A DNA stretch of 61,755 nucleotides, counting the filler, from Choristocarpus tenellus KU-1152 (taxonomy: Eukaryota > Protista > Phaeophyceae), in NCBI GenBank assembly GCA_964200185.2. It is 11 parts of 11 records of this genome, joined end to end, with 100 filler letters (N's around TTAATTAATTAA, not from the genome) between each part and the next. Parts side by side here need not be neighbours in the genome. Positions count along the whole stretch, not along the records: positions 20,519 to 26,966 come from CAXNAD020008123.1; positions 27,067 to 29,977 come from CAXNAD020023716.1; positions 30,078 to 32,625 come from CAXNAD020026868.1; positions 32,726 to 37,008 come from CAXNAD020015300.1; positions 37,109 to 47,094 come from CAXNAD020003225.1; 6 more parts are not named here. The stretch is one strand, 5' to 3'. The position numbers and the translations under genes were made by a program. Positions within the stretch are counted from its first letter, which is position 1. Each line of letters begins with the position of its first letter. Shown here one piece after another: positions 25,297 to 38,081 of this stretch. The notes beneath the pieces were generated by a model. It saw only the letters and a program-made list of their open reading frames with translations. It searched no databases and was not told the origin of the DNA.

Positions 25297-27066
25297 GATG
25301 TTGAATATCCCTGTAAGGAAAGAGCCCACTCCCAAAACTGAAGGAAGTACTTTAGTCTAGATAATGGTAGATGGTGGAAAGAGGCCTCGACAAGGACCAA
25401 TCTCTGCCGGCCTCGAGCCTTGCTCAAAGGAAGCAGAGAAACCACAAGGGTTCAACAGAGTCAACAGTCACAGGGTCGTTTCAAACGGGTGACATCCCCT
25501 TGCACCAAAGATGAAAGTCAAAAGAGGTCAGGAATTGGGGAAGTAGGCAAGGTGTAAGTAAGATTGGGTTGATGTGGTTTTTAAATGATATGGTTCTCAT
25601 GGAAAGTAAGAAGGCCTTTCACCCTTGAAGTCACCTCCCACCATCAATTTATCTATAATCTGCCCAAGTCCTGTGAAGTCGTAGAGGGAATCGCAAAGAG
25701 GGATACCATTTGGGGAAGAAGTGCAACTGGGGTGGAGGTTGTAGATAAGTGAGCGAAGGGGAGAAAGCTCCAATTATGGTGAGTCTCATTGGGCAAGTCC
25801 CACTCTTCCATGGACCTCTCATTCAACGTGATATATATACGACAGCTTATCACGACTGACGGTGGTATGGATCGGTCGTCTGCGCCTGGTAGAGTGCTAC
25901 GGCTCTTCTTCCCCGCTGTTGAAATCATGCAGTACTAGAGGGAGTTAAGAAGAAGTATTCTCAGCACGCAATTGGTTTGGGTCTTGGGCACTGAGGCAAT
26001 GGACTGTTGCTCTCCCTACTGCCAATACCTGAAGCGTTGAGAAACTAACGAAGGGGATCACAAAGCAGTAGTGATCCTCTATCGAATTTCAAAAGATTGA
26101 CGGGAACCTACTAAAGGTTTGTCTTTTTTTGCTAACGTTGACTGTCTATCATGTGTGGTGAGGGCTTGGGACTGGCACCAACAAAACCTTACGATTTTCT
26201 AGGACGGAGTACTCCAACCAGCTTAGAAAGTGGGAAGAGAAGGTACACAGAAAATTCCGTTCAATGCTGCTAGTTTTGCGCTGTTTTCTGGTTCAGGAGA
26301 AGAGGTGACCATTCCACCACTTGGTCAGTCACGTTTTCCTCCATTTTTACACTTATCTAGCTTTGAATATTACAGAAAACGAATGTTGCAACTTGGTGCA
26401 AAACCCCTGCTGTATCTTTATCCCTCCGTTTACAGTCTACTACGACATTCGTGTCCCCCCGCTGGAAAGGGACACACGAGTTACATTTTCCCCCATCACA
26501 GTAAAATCCTTTACGTTACGGGTTAGGTGTGAATCTCATCTTCCGATCTTTTTTTTTTTGTGCAGCATGACAAAGCAGGTTGAAAGGGGACAGTGAAGTA
26601 GGAAAACGTGTGTGTGCCCAGTCAGAATTTTTTTACTGGAACATTTCATGGGTGGGAAGTAGACATGAGAGTCTGATGTACAATCGACTCACTTTCAACA
26701 GAACAAAAAGGGGTTTTTGTGTGGACTGGGCATGACATGGTTCATTTTGGTATTGTGGACCTGGTGAGGAAGGGGAAGATTTTTTTAAGTGAACGGAAAG
26801 TAGAGGCCAGGAAGCATTTTATTTCCGTCAATTTTTTTCATGTTAATAAAAGGTACTCATATATATATATGCGGTCAATCTAAGCTGTACTCAATGTTGT
26901 CAAGTAGAGGACCCAAAGGAATACCTCTAAAAGTCGCCCTCTCCACTCCCCCCCCCCCCCCCCCCCNNNNNNNNNNNNNNNNNNNNNNNNNNNNNNNNNN
27001 NNNNNNNNNNTTAATTAATTAANNNNNNNNNNNNNNNNNNNNNNNNNNNNNNNNNNNNNNNNNNNN

Positions 27067-27151
27067 AAAAGCCGCTGCATGAAAAACTTGACCCCAAATC
27101 GACAGCCGCCGCCACCCCCCTCCCCCCCCCTCCCCCCAGATACTTTGAGCC
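27067..27151 (+). mobile_element. MITE family A, right half at contig start
   Basis: TTGACCCCAAATCGACAGCCGCC, poly-C, then AGATACTTTGAGCC. Confidence 0.8.
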
Positions 27152-27196
27152 TTGAACCATCACCCAAGACACATACTCTGCATCCCGACTAAACTA

Positions 27197-27632
27197 TCAA
27201 CCCATCTCCAACCTCCCTTCTGTCAACTCCCCTGGCACGCCCCAAGATCCATCCTGCAGACTGGATATGTGCATGGGGTTCCTGGGCCTCAGATTTGGTC
27301 CATCTGTGAGAACTGCGCCTTGGAGGGTCGTCTTCCTTCGATACCTGGCCATGTTCCTGGGAGTCCAGAGAGGGAAACAAAACACCTCCATGGGGTAATA
27401 TTTGACCCGTCAAGTGAAATGGCCCAGGTGAGTGGGAGGAGAGGAGGGGTAACTGATAGTCAGTGGGAACCAGAAGGGGCAAAGAGGCAGAAAAGGGAGG
27501 GGAGGGAGGAGGGGGGGGGGGGGCTATGAAGGTGGAAGGAGAGGAGCGAACTTCAACTTACACAAGTACTTACTTGGAAAAAAGCAATGCTTTATTGATG
27601 GTGGTATGGAAGGTTGTGCTGGGAATTGTATC
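27197..27632 (-). CDS. Possible last two exons of an unknown gene
   Basis: Exon 27632-27574 (DTIPSTTFHTTINKALLFS, gtaagt donor) is phase-compatible with 27356-27197 (KNMARYRRKTT...LEMG*). No recognisable motif. Confidence 0.3.
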
Positions 27633-30077
27633 CTATTGGCTCAGTTTGATGTCCTGGCTGTTCCATTGGCGGAAATACTACTCTTCATACATGGTCCCTA
27701 CACTAACCTTGGCAGAGAATATATTGTTGTCGTCAGAGCTGATGGACAAAGCAGGATTAGACAGCACCGAGGCGAGCACAATATTTTTGTTGAAGTTTTG
27801 TAGAGACGTTGAAAAGGGGTTCCGTCAAGAGACGGTTCAGGACAGGCAGGTAAGAAAGTGTGCACGAGTCATTAAATCTCAGAGGAGCGAATGGAAAATG
27901 ATAATAATAAATAAATAGACGTTTTTGACATCGGTTCAGGAAAATAGATCAAGTCTGTATGAGGGATACTCTAAGAGGAGGGTAAGCGTGGGGAAGCTTA
28001 GGTCAACCGGAGGATACAACCGGAGACGCCTTGGAAATAAAGTAATGCATTACACTAGCCGGAGGATACCATTAGATGGTCTGAACATGATGCTGGTTGG
28101 AGTGCACAGGTGAGAATGGTGGGTGAGATAATAGAAAATGAACCCAGGAAACAAAATTGTAGAAAGAGGGAAGATAAGCTCTGAAAAAATAGATACCAGT
28201 TAACCAAGGGTATGAATCATCAACACATTACTTCTGTCAAGGTGGGAGGAGATCTGCATGTGCCCGAGCCACATAGAGCATAGTACAAGGGAAATCTCAA
28301 CGAGGAACAGTGGATTGAGAGCATTGAACCTCCTGACTAAACACCATGTCCTCAAATGGCATACTAATGCAACCTCACACCAAACTCGTTCCAACAAGCA
28401 AAATGTCTTCACAGACAGACAGGTCCAGCTTTTTGTACGCATGCAATCAACCCGCACGCTCATGCCCGACCAGATACTCTCCCCAAATATGCACACTAAT
28501 ATGGGCCTATGGTCGTGTGCACTCCTGCATCATCAAACACAATAAAGAGACCAAAACGAATCCACACTTGCCTGCGTGGACCGCTCGTTCACCAAAAAAA
28601 TAACTACAGAGTCGAGGAAGAGAGGGCAGGGAGGGCGTCGACGGAGGTCACCTCCTTGAGGACGAGATTCCCTTGTCGCAGTTGAAGTGGGCGACATTTT
28701 TCCACTCCGCCTCGGGAAAGCATACCAACGATGGCTCTCGCCTGACCGGGGAGATCATTCACCAGGCGTTTGGTGACAAATCATGCGCCAGGATGGTGGA
28801 GACCCCTACGTTTTTTTTCCACCTCCTAGCTCTTCAGGTGTGGAGACTGCTAGTTGGGTGCGTGTACGAGGGGGAGGGGAGGTTCATCTTACAGTACTTG
28901 CTAAAGATCCTAGAATTGTATTTTTTTCCCATCCAATATGCGGTTGGATGTCCATACATTCTCCTGCAAGTCCACTTTATCCTGTGTCACTATAGTGCTC
29001 ACAGCAGATCCTTACAGGTCACAGGGTATTTTGTTTTATCTACATTAACGCGGTGGGGGGACAAAGGTCGTCTTGAATCATTAGCATGGTTTCGTCATGC
29101 AACATGTAGATGTTTCCTCTGCTATATGACTCTCAAACTCACTTTTAGATATCGCCACAAGGGAAAATATTTAGAGGGATTAAAGGGTGTGAATGAGCAC
29201 TTGAGAATGTGAAACACTGATGCTTCAACTGCCCTCTTCCTCTACTGTTGGAGATTCGTTTCCCCTGGCCCCTTTGCACAATGTTCTCCACTACTGTTTC
29301 TTATCATTCAACCTCTCAAAGATAGACTAGTCTAAGACTTTTCTTAGGAACGACCAGAACAAACTGTACCCAGGGGTATCACTTTCCAAATTACTTGAAG
29401 TGGAGTATTGCACTATGCAGTGCAGGTACTGAGACAACTTCAAGATCGAAGTAAAGGACCAAGAAACCCATTATGCCTTGGTGTCATACAATGTTCCAGA
29501 CCCTCTCAATCGGATCTCCGATTCTGTCCAAGATTGAGAGGGTAGTGGAAGTCACTCTGCAAATGCGTCCCATAAATATGGACTCAATGTGGAGTTCAGA
29601 CTAACAGTGAGGCGTGCAGTTTTTGCCTTTCGTATCATGTTGTCTACACCCTCAATCTCGCTACTCTCTGATCTAGGTTGGCTCCTTCACGACTAATTCC
29701 CTGATGCATCAATACCATGACATGAATTTAGATGTATTTTGATGTACTCTATACTCTCCCGCAATGGTTTCATTGGCGCTTCTGAAGAGATACAAGTCTC
29801 TGCTGTTATATATATTTTTTGGTGAGATACATTTTATGTAGCCTAGAGTACAGCTTTGAATCAATACTGGTGTGTACGTAGAGCGAGCTCAGTGTCTTGC
29901 CAGGTAGGTTGTTCGTAGATAGTGCTGCTGATACACTATAGACACCATCGGTGGAGTAGATTAGGAAATGCAGACACNNNNNNNNNNNNNNNNNNNNNNN
30001 NNNNNNNNNNNNNNNNNNNNNTTAATTAATTAANNNNNNNNNNNNNNNNNNNNNNNNNNNNNNNNNNNNNNNNNNNN

Positions 30078-31426
30078 CCCCCGCCCTACCTTCACTCCCC
30101 CACCCCCGTCCACCCCACGGCCCCCCTCCCCCCCCCCACCTCTACCCACCCCTTTGCCTCCCCAACCCATTTGTCCATTGGTTCCCTTTCTCTGGGCACA
30201 AGCATTGTTGGCATCCATACTACTGCCACTGTTTGGAACTCCACTGACAGCCTCACCTGTAACCCTGTCCCCCTTCTTGCTTTTGTCTGTTGAGGATGTC
30301 ATTCCAGTTGAGGATGGCGGTGTAGCAGCAGCCCCCCCACCCCCAGCCGCTGCTGCTACTGCAGCTACCCCCTCACTCCAGTCAAATGATTTTCGCTCAA
30401 CGGTACCAGCATCCCCAAGGGGATATGACTTCACAACAACTATGGAAGGTGGGGCAGGGGCAGCAGCAGGGGCAGGGGCAGGGGTTGTGGAGGCAAAGAT
30501 ATGAGGAAGTCAGGCATTACCAAAAGGTACATAGGTGGTAATGATAGTGGTAACAGTTGTGTTAAAAATAACTGCACCTCCAACTCCTGTGGTGGACTGT
30601 GTAGTTGCCCCCGTAGCAACTCCCACAGTGCTTGACACAACAGCAGAGGCGCTTGAGGGTGGAGGGGGGGTGGAGGTGGGAGGTTCAGGAATGGGAGAGG
30701 GTGCTCGAGACTGTCCATGAAGAAGACCAGAAGGACCATGCCAAAAAGCATCACAAATAGCTTCCTGGGACTCAACAAGTCTCCGATGACCCTGCTTGCC
30801 AAGACGCTTAGGACCAAACCCGAGAAAAAACTCTTCTGCATCCTGTGGGGGAGGGGAGGGGAGAGGAGAGGAGGAGAGGGGGAACGGTAGCATGAAATGT
30901 CATAGTCAAGTAATCTCTTGTACCATGACTTTGACGTATGTACAAAAAAAGCCATAGAACCAATTATAAACTCCAAACAGAAGGGAAAAAGTGCACACAT
31001 AGTTCAAAGTGTGTATACACACACACACACACACACACATACGTACACATAAGCAACTGGGGAAAAATAGCCTTGGTCATGGTGACCACCACCAAGTACA
31101 ATACATGGGGGGTGGAACAGACACAATACGTCCATGGACGGCAGATGGCGTGTGAACTAATGGGCACACTCAGAACAGAAAGTCCTCACTTGATGCACCC
31201 CAAAAAATCCATCTCAACTTCCCTTGCATACCAATCCAGTGCGTCTTCTTTCATACCACCTTCACGATGGAAGGGAACGGATGTTTCCTGTCATTAACAC
31301 CATCCTTTCATACCATCCTTTCGTGCATCTAACCCTAACCCTAACCCTAAACCAAAGACCACATTCAACACAAACACGCCTGAACACACCCCGAAACGCA
31401 AAAACAACACATCTGGAATCCCTTCC

Positions 31427-31467
<41 letters not shown>

Positions 31468-31800
31468 AAAAAAAAAACAAACCCAAACCACCCAAAAACA
31501 ATTTCACTTCAATTCAAAACTTCCAATTCCTATTATTGTAACAATTGAATGCGGTCAAAAACACACCTATACAGCAAGACTATTCGATTAGTCTAAACAG
31601 CATGGGTAAATACCATGCATGGGAAGTGAAGGGGGGGGGGGGAAGGAAGGTAGCACCCCAGTAACACAAAAAAAACGCAATATCAAGTAAAAAAAAAGAA
31701 CTCACTGAGCTCTCGTCCTCCCCAGGAACAGCTATTTTCTCCAAAAGGCGGTAATTCCTTGCCAGCAGTGGCCAGCCCCCACCCTGCTGTGCTGACACTC
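30078..31800 (-). CDS. Internal exons of an unknown protein with Ser/Thr/Ala/Pro-rich regions
   Basis: Exon ending at about 31707 (LLARNYRLLEKIAVPGEDESS|gtgagt), exon 30842-30578 (DAEEFFLGFGPKRLGKQGHRRLVESQEAICDAFW...) and exon from 30439 (VVVKSYPLGDAGTVERKSFDW...); phases are compatible. Confidence 0.55.
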
Positions 31801-31979
31801 TTGCCCTCACCAGAGAAGAAACTCGGGCTACATTGGGACTGGGGTCCAGACACAGATCCCTGTTCAGTTTTCCGCAAAATGCAACAGGCGTGTGCATGCG
31901 TGTGGCAGTGCTTGTGAGCATGTAAAAAATGCACACCATGACCGATAACATAGCCCATCTTGTTGGTATCCGCCCGATC

Positions 31980-32275
31980 TCGACAATGAATCAGAGATTC
32001 CCACTAACTACCTACTGGGGGATCGACGAGTCAGTCAGTATCACGGTAAATATTATACCGCCGATGTGCAAATATATAGCGTTTTTACCAAATGTATGAC
32101 GGTAAAAAATCTTAATCCATCCCACCGTTTTCGACAACGAAAATCTTAATCAGAGATTCCCAATGAATACATATGGGGGGGGTCTACAGATCGGTACGAC
32201 ATCAACGGTATGTATATACCGTTGATGTGCAGATACAACAACTGACAGTATAATCTTGATCCATCACACTGCTAT
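31980..32275 (+). repeat. Diverged tandem duplication (about 165-bp unit, 2 copies)
   Basis: AATCAGAGATTCCCA...ACGGTA..TATACCG..GATGTGCA.ATA...AATCTT.ATCCATC occurs twice. Confidence 0.6.
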
Positions 32276-32790
32276 CAGATTCTTTCTCAGGCATATTTCT
32301 GTACAAACATCCACACACACACACACACCTGCATGTGTCGCATACATGGGTATGCAAGATAATTTGGATCTCCTGTTACCGCAGCGACTTTGAACCCCTT
32401 GGCAGGCGGTAATTCACTTAGGTCCCCGCGTTCTGTCTCAGGACCAAACCTTTCTCCTTACAAACGTCGACTACTCATTTATTATTATTATTATTATTAT
32501 TATTTCCGTACGAGTAAAAAGATGTATCCACAAAAAACCAACAAAAAAACGAAACACAAAGACGTTGATACTTTTTTTTTTCCCAAAACAGAAAAAACGC
32601 TCTCTGCTCCTTAAATAACCCCCCCNNNNNNNNNNNNNNNNNNNNNNNNNNNNNNNNNNNNNNNNNNNNTTAATTAATTAANNNNNNNNNNNNNNNNNNN
32701 NNNNNNNNNNNNNNNNNNNNNNNNNCCCCTTCCTCCCCCCCCCCCTGGTCCACTCCTGTCGTTGTCATCGGGTTTATCCTGCCAATTCAG

Positions 32791-34693
32791 GGTTTGAGAT
32801 ATCGCAATGAAGAATTGCATGTTGTGGGTGACTGCGGCGATGATAACATTATTTCTCCTGGAAATCGTCCATTCGGGGCTTTTGATGAAAGGACTGCGCT
32901 TGAATCGATCCCTTGGGACGGCGCTAACTGCAAGCAACGTTTCTTGCACGGGGTACTTAGTGTTGGTTTGCCATGGGGTTTTGCAAGGTTGCGACGGCAT
33001 GGCCTTGTCCAAGGATGGGGAGATGCGGAGAGGGTGAGGTCTGAATTCAATTTGTAAGCGTATCAACGGGTAATAGGGGAGGTTTATTTCAGCTTGTTTG
33101 AAGGGGATGGCGAGTCCTAAATTCATACTCTTTGGAATGTCGCCCAAATATTACTCTTCCCTCTCGTTCTTGCACGACCGCGAGTTACCTTACGAGCTGA
33201 AAGTAGGAAAGACCGTTCTCTGTGAGTGTAGTTTGCCTCCTACTGTTTGCTATTAGCTGTAACATCGCTTTTTCTCATTGTGTTCCATTCCCTTTGATTC
33301 GACTTTGAATCCTTCAGCTATCTTCCCCCCTCCCCCCCTTCCCCCTCTCATCCGCACATTGTATGAGGGGATCTCCCTCATGGAGGACTGCAAGTTAAGT
33401 AGCAGTTGAACGGGCTAGATGATGTAATAACATGAGAATTTTTCTCCAATTGGTGCGTGTACTGTAGGGCTCTTTGTGTAAGGTGTTGGTCATAGGGTGT
33501 ATGGTATCAGATGTGATGTGGTTCGACTATGTTGCACCAAGGAGAAGAAATAGCTGGGTAATATCTGGTACCTAGATAAAAGAAAGTGGGTGATAAGAAG
33601 GTCAATAGTGTTGTGCAAGCTCGGAGGACGTGTTCCAATGCTGCCTTGAATGTACCAAAAGTATTCACAGCCCTTGTGAGATAGAAGAGTCTCACACAAT
33701 CATTGACTGCTCTGGATGTGCTGCTCAGAATTGGAACAGAGAATTGTTGAACAGACATCCTGTTTGGGTGATGGTTGGGAGTACTGCTGTCAAGGGTGTG
33801 TGGAGGGGAAAATACTGAACATGGGTGCCTGTCTCTGTACTTTGCTAACATATAACCCCCCTCATGTATTTAGGTGAAGTATTTTCTACTACTATATACC
33901 TAACTCTATATGAGGTCCTGTTGATAGGCGGAGGGATTGATGGGTGACATGTCTCTGTAAAACTCTGTAGCACAGATGTCTTTTACGTCGCTTAAACGGT
34001 ATCTTTGAAGTGTAATGAAGCATGGTGTAGCGTAGATGTAGTCTGTGATTCTTTTTTATTGGATTTTATTGTTTGTTTGCTCATGTGTAGTAGTGGGGAA
34101 GATTTGTAACTTTTGGGGAGGGGTAAATGTTGCAATGCAACAAAGAGAGAGATAGAGAGCATCAAGGAAACAAGAGAATATGCACACGATAGGGTTGGTG
34201 CCACTCCTAGGATGGTCCACCAAGGATATCCTGGCATGTGTGTTAATATAGGGGCAAGCAGAACAAACGCCCACTGATGATACACCTTTGAAATCAATCC
34301 TAAACCTAACCCTAACCCTAATCCTCCCTGGTGCCCTCGTTTTTCTCGTTTGGTCATTTATTTGTTTTTCTCAGGGCAGCATAAGGTGGATTGCCTGGGG
34401 GCTGATGCAGCGCCTTGATGCAGCATACCGACTGGCGTGGTTGATCAACCTCCTGCTCTTCTTGCACTTCGGAAAGTATGCCTCTCCTGTTGATCGCCTC
34501 CTGCGAATGCGCATGGTGTGTAGATTTGGAGCGTGTGCATGATTCCCCTCGTACGTACGCACGTGCTCTCAGTATAGCCAGTCCATCGCCTCTCTGTTCA
34601 TTCAAGTGTCCTTGTTGCTCTACGAGGGTGTCGTGTGCGTTTGAACCGCAACCTGTGTGCCCTGTGTTTGTTGGGGTTTTGTGCAACTCTTAG

Positions 34694-34741
<48 letters not shown>

Positions 34742-36598
34742 ATTCTCTTTTTTATTTTTTATTTTTTATTTTTTATTTTTTTAGGGTACACCTGTCCACA
34801 GGCAGATTGTTCCCACGTTCAACGGTCTCTCTGTTGTTATTGAGATGAAGATTGGACTATCGTCAACTAGAAAATGATCCTATTTTAGGAGAAACTGCAG
34901 CTGCCAGGGGGATAGAGCAACACCCTTCATATCCCCTGAGGTTACTCCAAGCACTCCTCTTAGACACTTAGAAGTATGTATCAGTCTGGTTTTGTTTGGG
35001 TGAGTGTCTTAAGAATGTTCTACAATCCCTTTTATTAATGCTCTCATTGCCCTACCCCCTGTCCTCTTCTGTGAAGTACCCAATCATTTCATTTTCCCAT
35101 ATCCAACATGCCTCACCTGTTCCCCAGCTCCTCCATGCCATGCCCCTCCACCCACGCGGCCCTCCACACAAACATCACCCCCAAAACACACCGCTGCCCC
35201 CCACCCAACAACTCCATTGCTCGGGTCATTTGCATTCTGCACATAGGTATACGCAAGGATGGACTCAACACCCCGGCCCATTAACTACCACTTCTTGAAC
35301 CGGAAGTTGCTGTGGGATCATTGGGTAAAGATGACTGTGGCAGTTGCTCCCATGGTAGACTGGGCAGCTCTGGGCCGTGCCATTTCAGCCAGGGTCGGAC
35401 GGTTGAGGAGACAGGGCCAGGCTGTGGGTCGGGGGCTTGGGTTGGGATCAGGATCTGGGACGGAGCTGGAGTCGGGGTGGGGGAGGGGGGAAGAGGAGGG
35501 AGTGAGGGGTCGAAGGCTTCTGGCTTGCTCAGACTGTGGGGCGTTCCCGCCTACGGTGAGAGTGAGATTGTGTATGGATGTTTAGGAGTTATCTAAGTTA
35601 TGTTTAGGTTGTTGGAAGTGTTCCTTGATGAAAAATACTTTACCTTCCGCACTAGTCTGAAGGCAGTGGGACAAGGGGATGGAGAGGGTTGAGGGCAGGG
35701 GTTGTGATTGTGGTATTTGGTTGTGGGGAGTGATGGCTTTCCTTTTTCTCGGCAAGGTGTGAGTATGAGTATGCAGCGTGAGCACAGGGCACGCAGTGGG
35801 GCCACGTATGCATACTTGGAAGGCGTGTACAGAATGGGATTGTGTATCCGATGGCTGGTCAGTGTTCATGGGTATGTGTACAGAGTATTGTGAAGTATGG
35901 ATGTAGTTGTGGTTAGAAGACCAAATAGTACTTGACTGTTTTTGTTAAACATGAGGTGGCGTCATTCGTCTTGTTATTCAGTGGTCAACATTACTTCTTT
36001 TTTTTTGCTTTTTTACATCCTAGTTGTATGGGCCTTCTTGTGTGACCTTCAAAGGATAGCAAATGTTTTGAGGTGGGGGACAGGTTCAGGCAGTTGGGAC
36101 TATGGTAATGTATGAAATGTGAGGACAAGCAAATGATGTAGGCATTTTTCAGGAATGATGGCGTAGTAGAAAGTATTCGGTCCTATTAATACTTGTCCTA
36201 TTCACAGTAGTTGAGGACGATGTTGAATGACTGGATAACTACATCTCACCCCCATCCATACTGCACGATATTTTTTACTAGTAAGTCTCACCAGACCCTT
36301 TCTGTTTAGGCTCAGGTATTATATGCATACATCACTCCTCTTGTCACACACGCCCCTCATGAAGATGGAAATCCTCCCCCTTTCCTTTTATTACATCTGT
36401 CAAATCCATACCTCCCCCCTTCCCACTGCACATCAGATGCCCTATATTGCCTCATGCGGACATATGTTTTGCTACCACTGTGCAAGAACTGCATGCACAA
36501 GGGACCGGTGCTATGCCTGCCCCTCTTGTGGGGAAACCTGGACCACATCTTGCCGATGGTCCGGACCTGTACCTGTACCAGGGCGAGAGAGGACCTGA
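32791..36598 (+). CDS. PEX2: Peroxisome biogenesis factor 2 (RING peroxin), last four exons
   Basis: All phase 0: 32791-33033 (GLRYRNE..QRFLHGVLSVGLPWGFARL..WGD), 34375-34515 (LINLLLFLHFGKYASPVDRLLRMRM), 35247-35555 (RPINYHFLNRKLLWDHW..CSDCGAFPPT), 36437-36598 (MPYIASCGHMFCYHC..CPSCG..stop). C3HC4 RING is complete. Confidence 0.93.
34696..34736 (+). repeat. (GT)n microsatellite
   Basis: Read directly; another at 22687-22720 and (AT)n at about 51128-51162. Confidence 0.9.
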
Positions 36599-38081
36599 CT
36601 GACTAATAGTGTTTACTTGGGCTAGAAATAATTTGAAAATACAAGTAGTTTCAACCTACGCTAGTGATGACTCACGAAGTGCTTCTCTCGGAACTTCATG
36701 CTCCTGAAACACAGCGAGCACTGAAATGGGTAATAGTTTTCTTTTCAGTTGAGTGTGTAGAGGCCTCTAGAAATGAGCATCGTCTGCCCGAAAAATTTTG
36801 TTCTGTGTGTCTTTGGGGGGGTGGGGTGTGTGTGCAGCAAGATAGATGTCTCCGTTGGGCAGCTGAATTTTTTTTTTGTGAGTACCTCACATGTTCAAAC
36901 TTGATAGTTCCATCGTCGTACCTAATGCACACTAGTGCCGTGGTGGGGGTCTTCTGCCCAAAACAGGGTGTGAACGGGAACTGCTTGATTATAACATCAC
37001 ACCAACCANNNNNNNNNNNNNNNNNNNNNNNNNNNNNNNNNNNNNNNNNNNNTTAATTAATTAANNNNNNNNNNNNNNNNNNNNNNNNNNNNNNNNNNNN
37101 NNNNNNNNTGCCTTCCGTTCAGAGTTTCACACTACTGCCGGGGATCCATTCATCGGATATGATGAGAAAAAAGAGTTAGGAGTTATCACCTGAAAATAAA
37201 CATTTTCTACCAATAAAATATGACCTAGTCTCCATGCGACTACATTGACGCTTTGTCCCATGGCCAAATCTCAGTTGCAGTCAGAACCCTTCTACTGTGT
37301 ACCACTCCATAAGCTCAAGCTTTGTTACACTATGTGCATACTGTGGCTATGAACAATACTTGGAAGTAAATAACTTTCACATCACCACTGCAAGCAAGAG
37401 TAGATTGTCACTGTTACATACTGAAGCCATGCTCATGGACTGATGATAGGCTCAGGGCTATGATTCCTTGTACCTCATAAAATGTATCATTACTATTGCA
37501 CCTTGGAAAAGACTAATAGTACTGATGTCATTCTTACCTTCCAGCCCTATACCACTCAATTCATTGCAAGACCAACCCTACACTCTATCAGGTTGGAGCG
37601 TGATGGAAGAAGCGATCATCTGACTGCATCCATGGACACATAATTTCCATGACAGGTACAACAACACAACACGAACATGTGGTCAACAAACACCCCCTTC
37701 GTCTAGCTTACACATGTCTCCTCTGCATTGAGGGACCCGGCTACATCCTGCCTTTCACCTCATGCCCAGCGACGTGTTGTGTAGGCTCCTCGCATATACT
37801 ACGTACATCCTACCTACACAAAGAGCAATATTATCGATTGTTGACCGAATGATACCAAACCTTGACCAACATGGCTGGTGGTGCCCCAATGAAAAAGACA
37901 ATTGTCTGCAGGTGTTGTGATAGGATAAGGTATAAGATGCAGCACTGACAGTTTCAGGAATATCTATCGAATTGCCTTATACTGTCATTTTGTTTTCTCA
38001 CACTAGCAGTAATCGTGCTATCCCACCAACCACACAACAGAAAAATGTGCTGACCTGTAACACTACCTGGGCTCTACTGAC

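Noticed and set aside
28200-29950. LINE reverse transcriptase (STILAHDLSPNAW resembles LDLxNAF)
   Set aside because: No QGDPL or YxDD motif was found in any frame and there are many stops.
30510-30512. In-frame TGA between two collinear ORFs (possible selenocysteine or readthrough)
   Set aside because: It falls inside a phase-1 GT-AG intron (30577-30440) that restores the frame.
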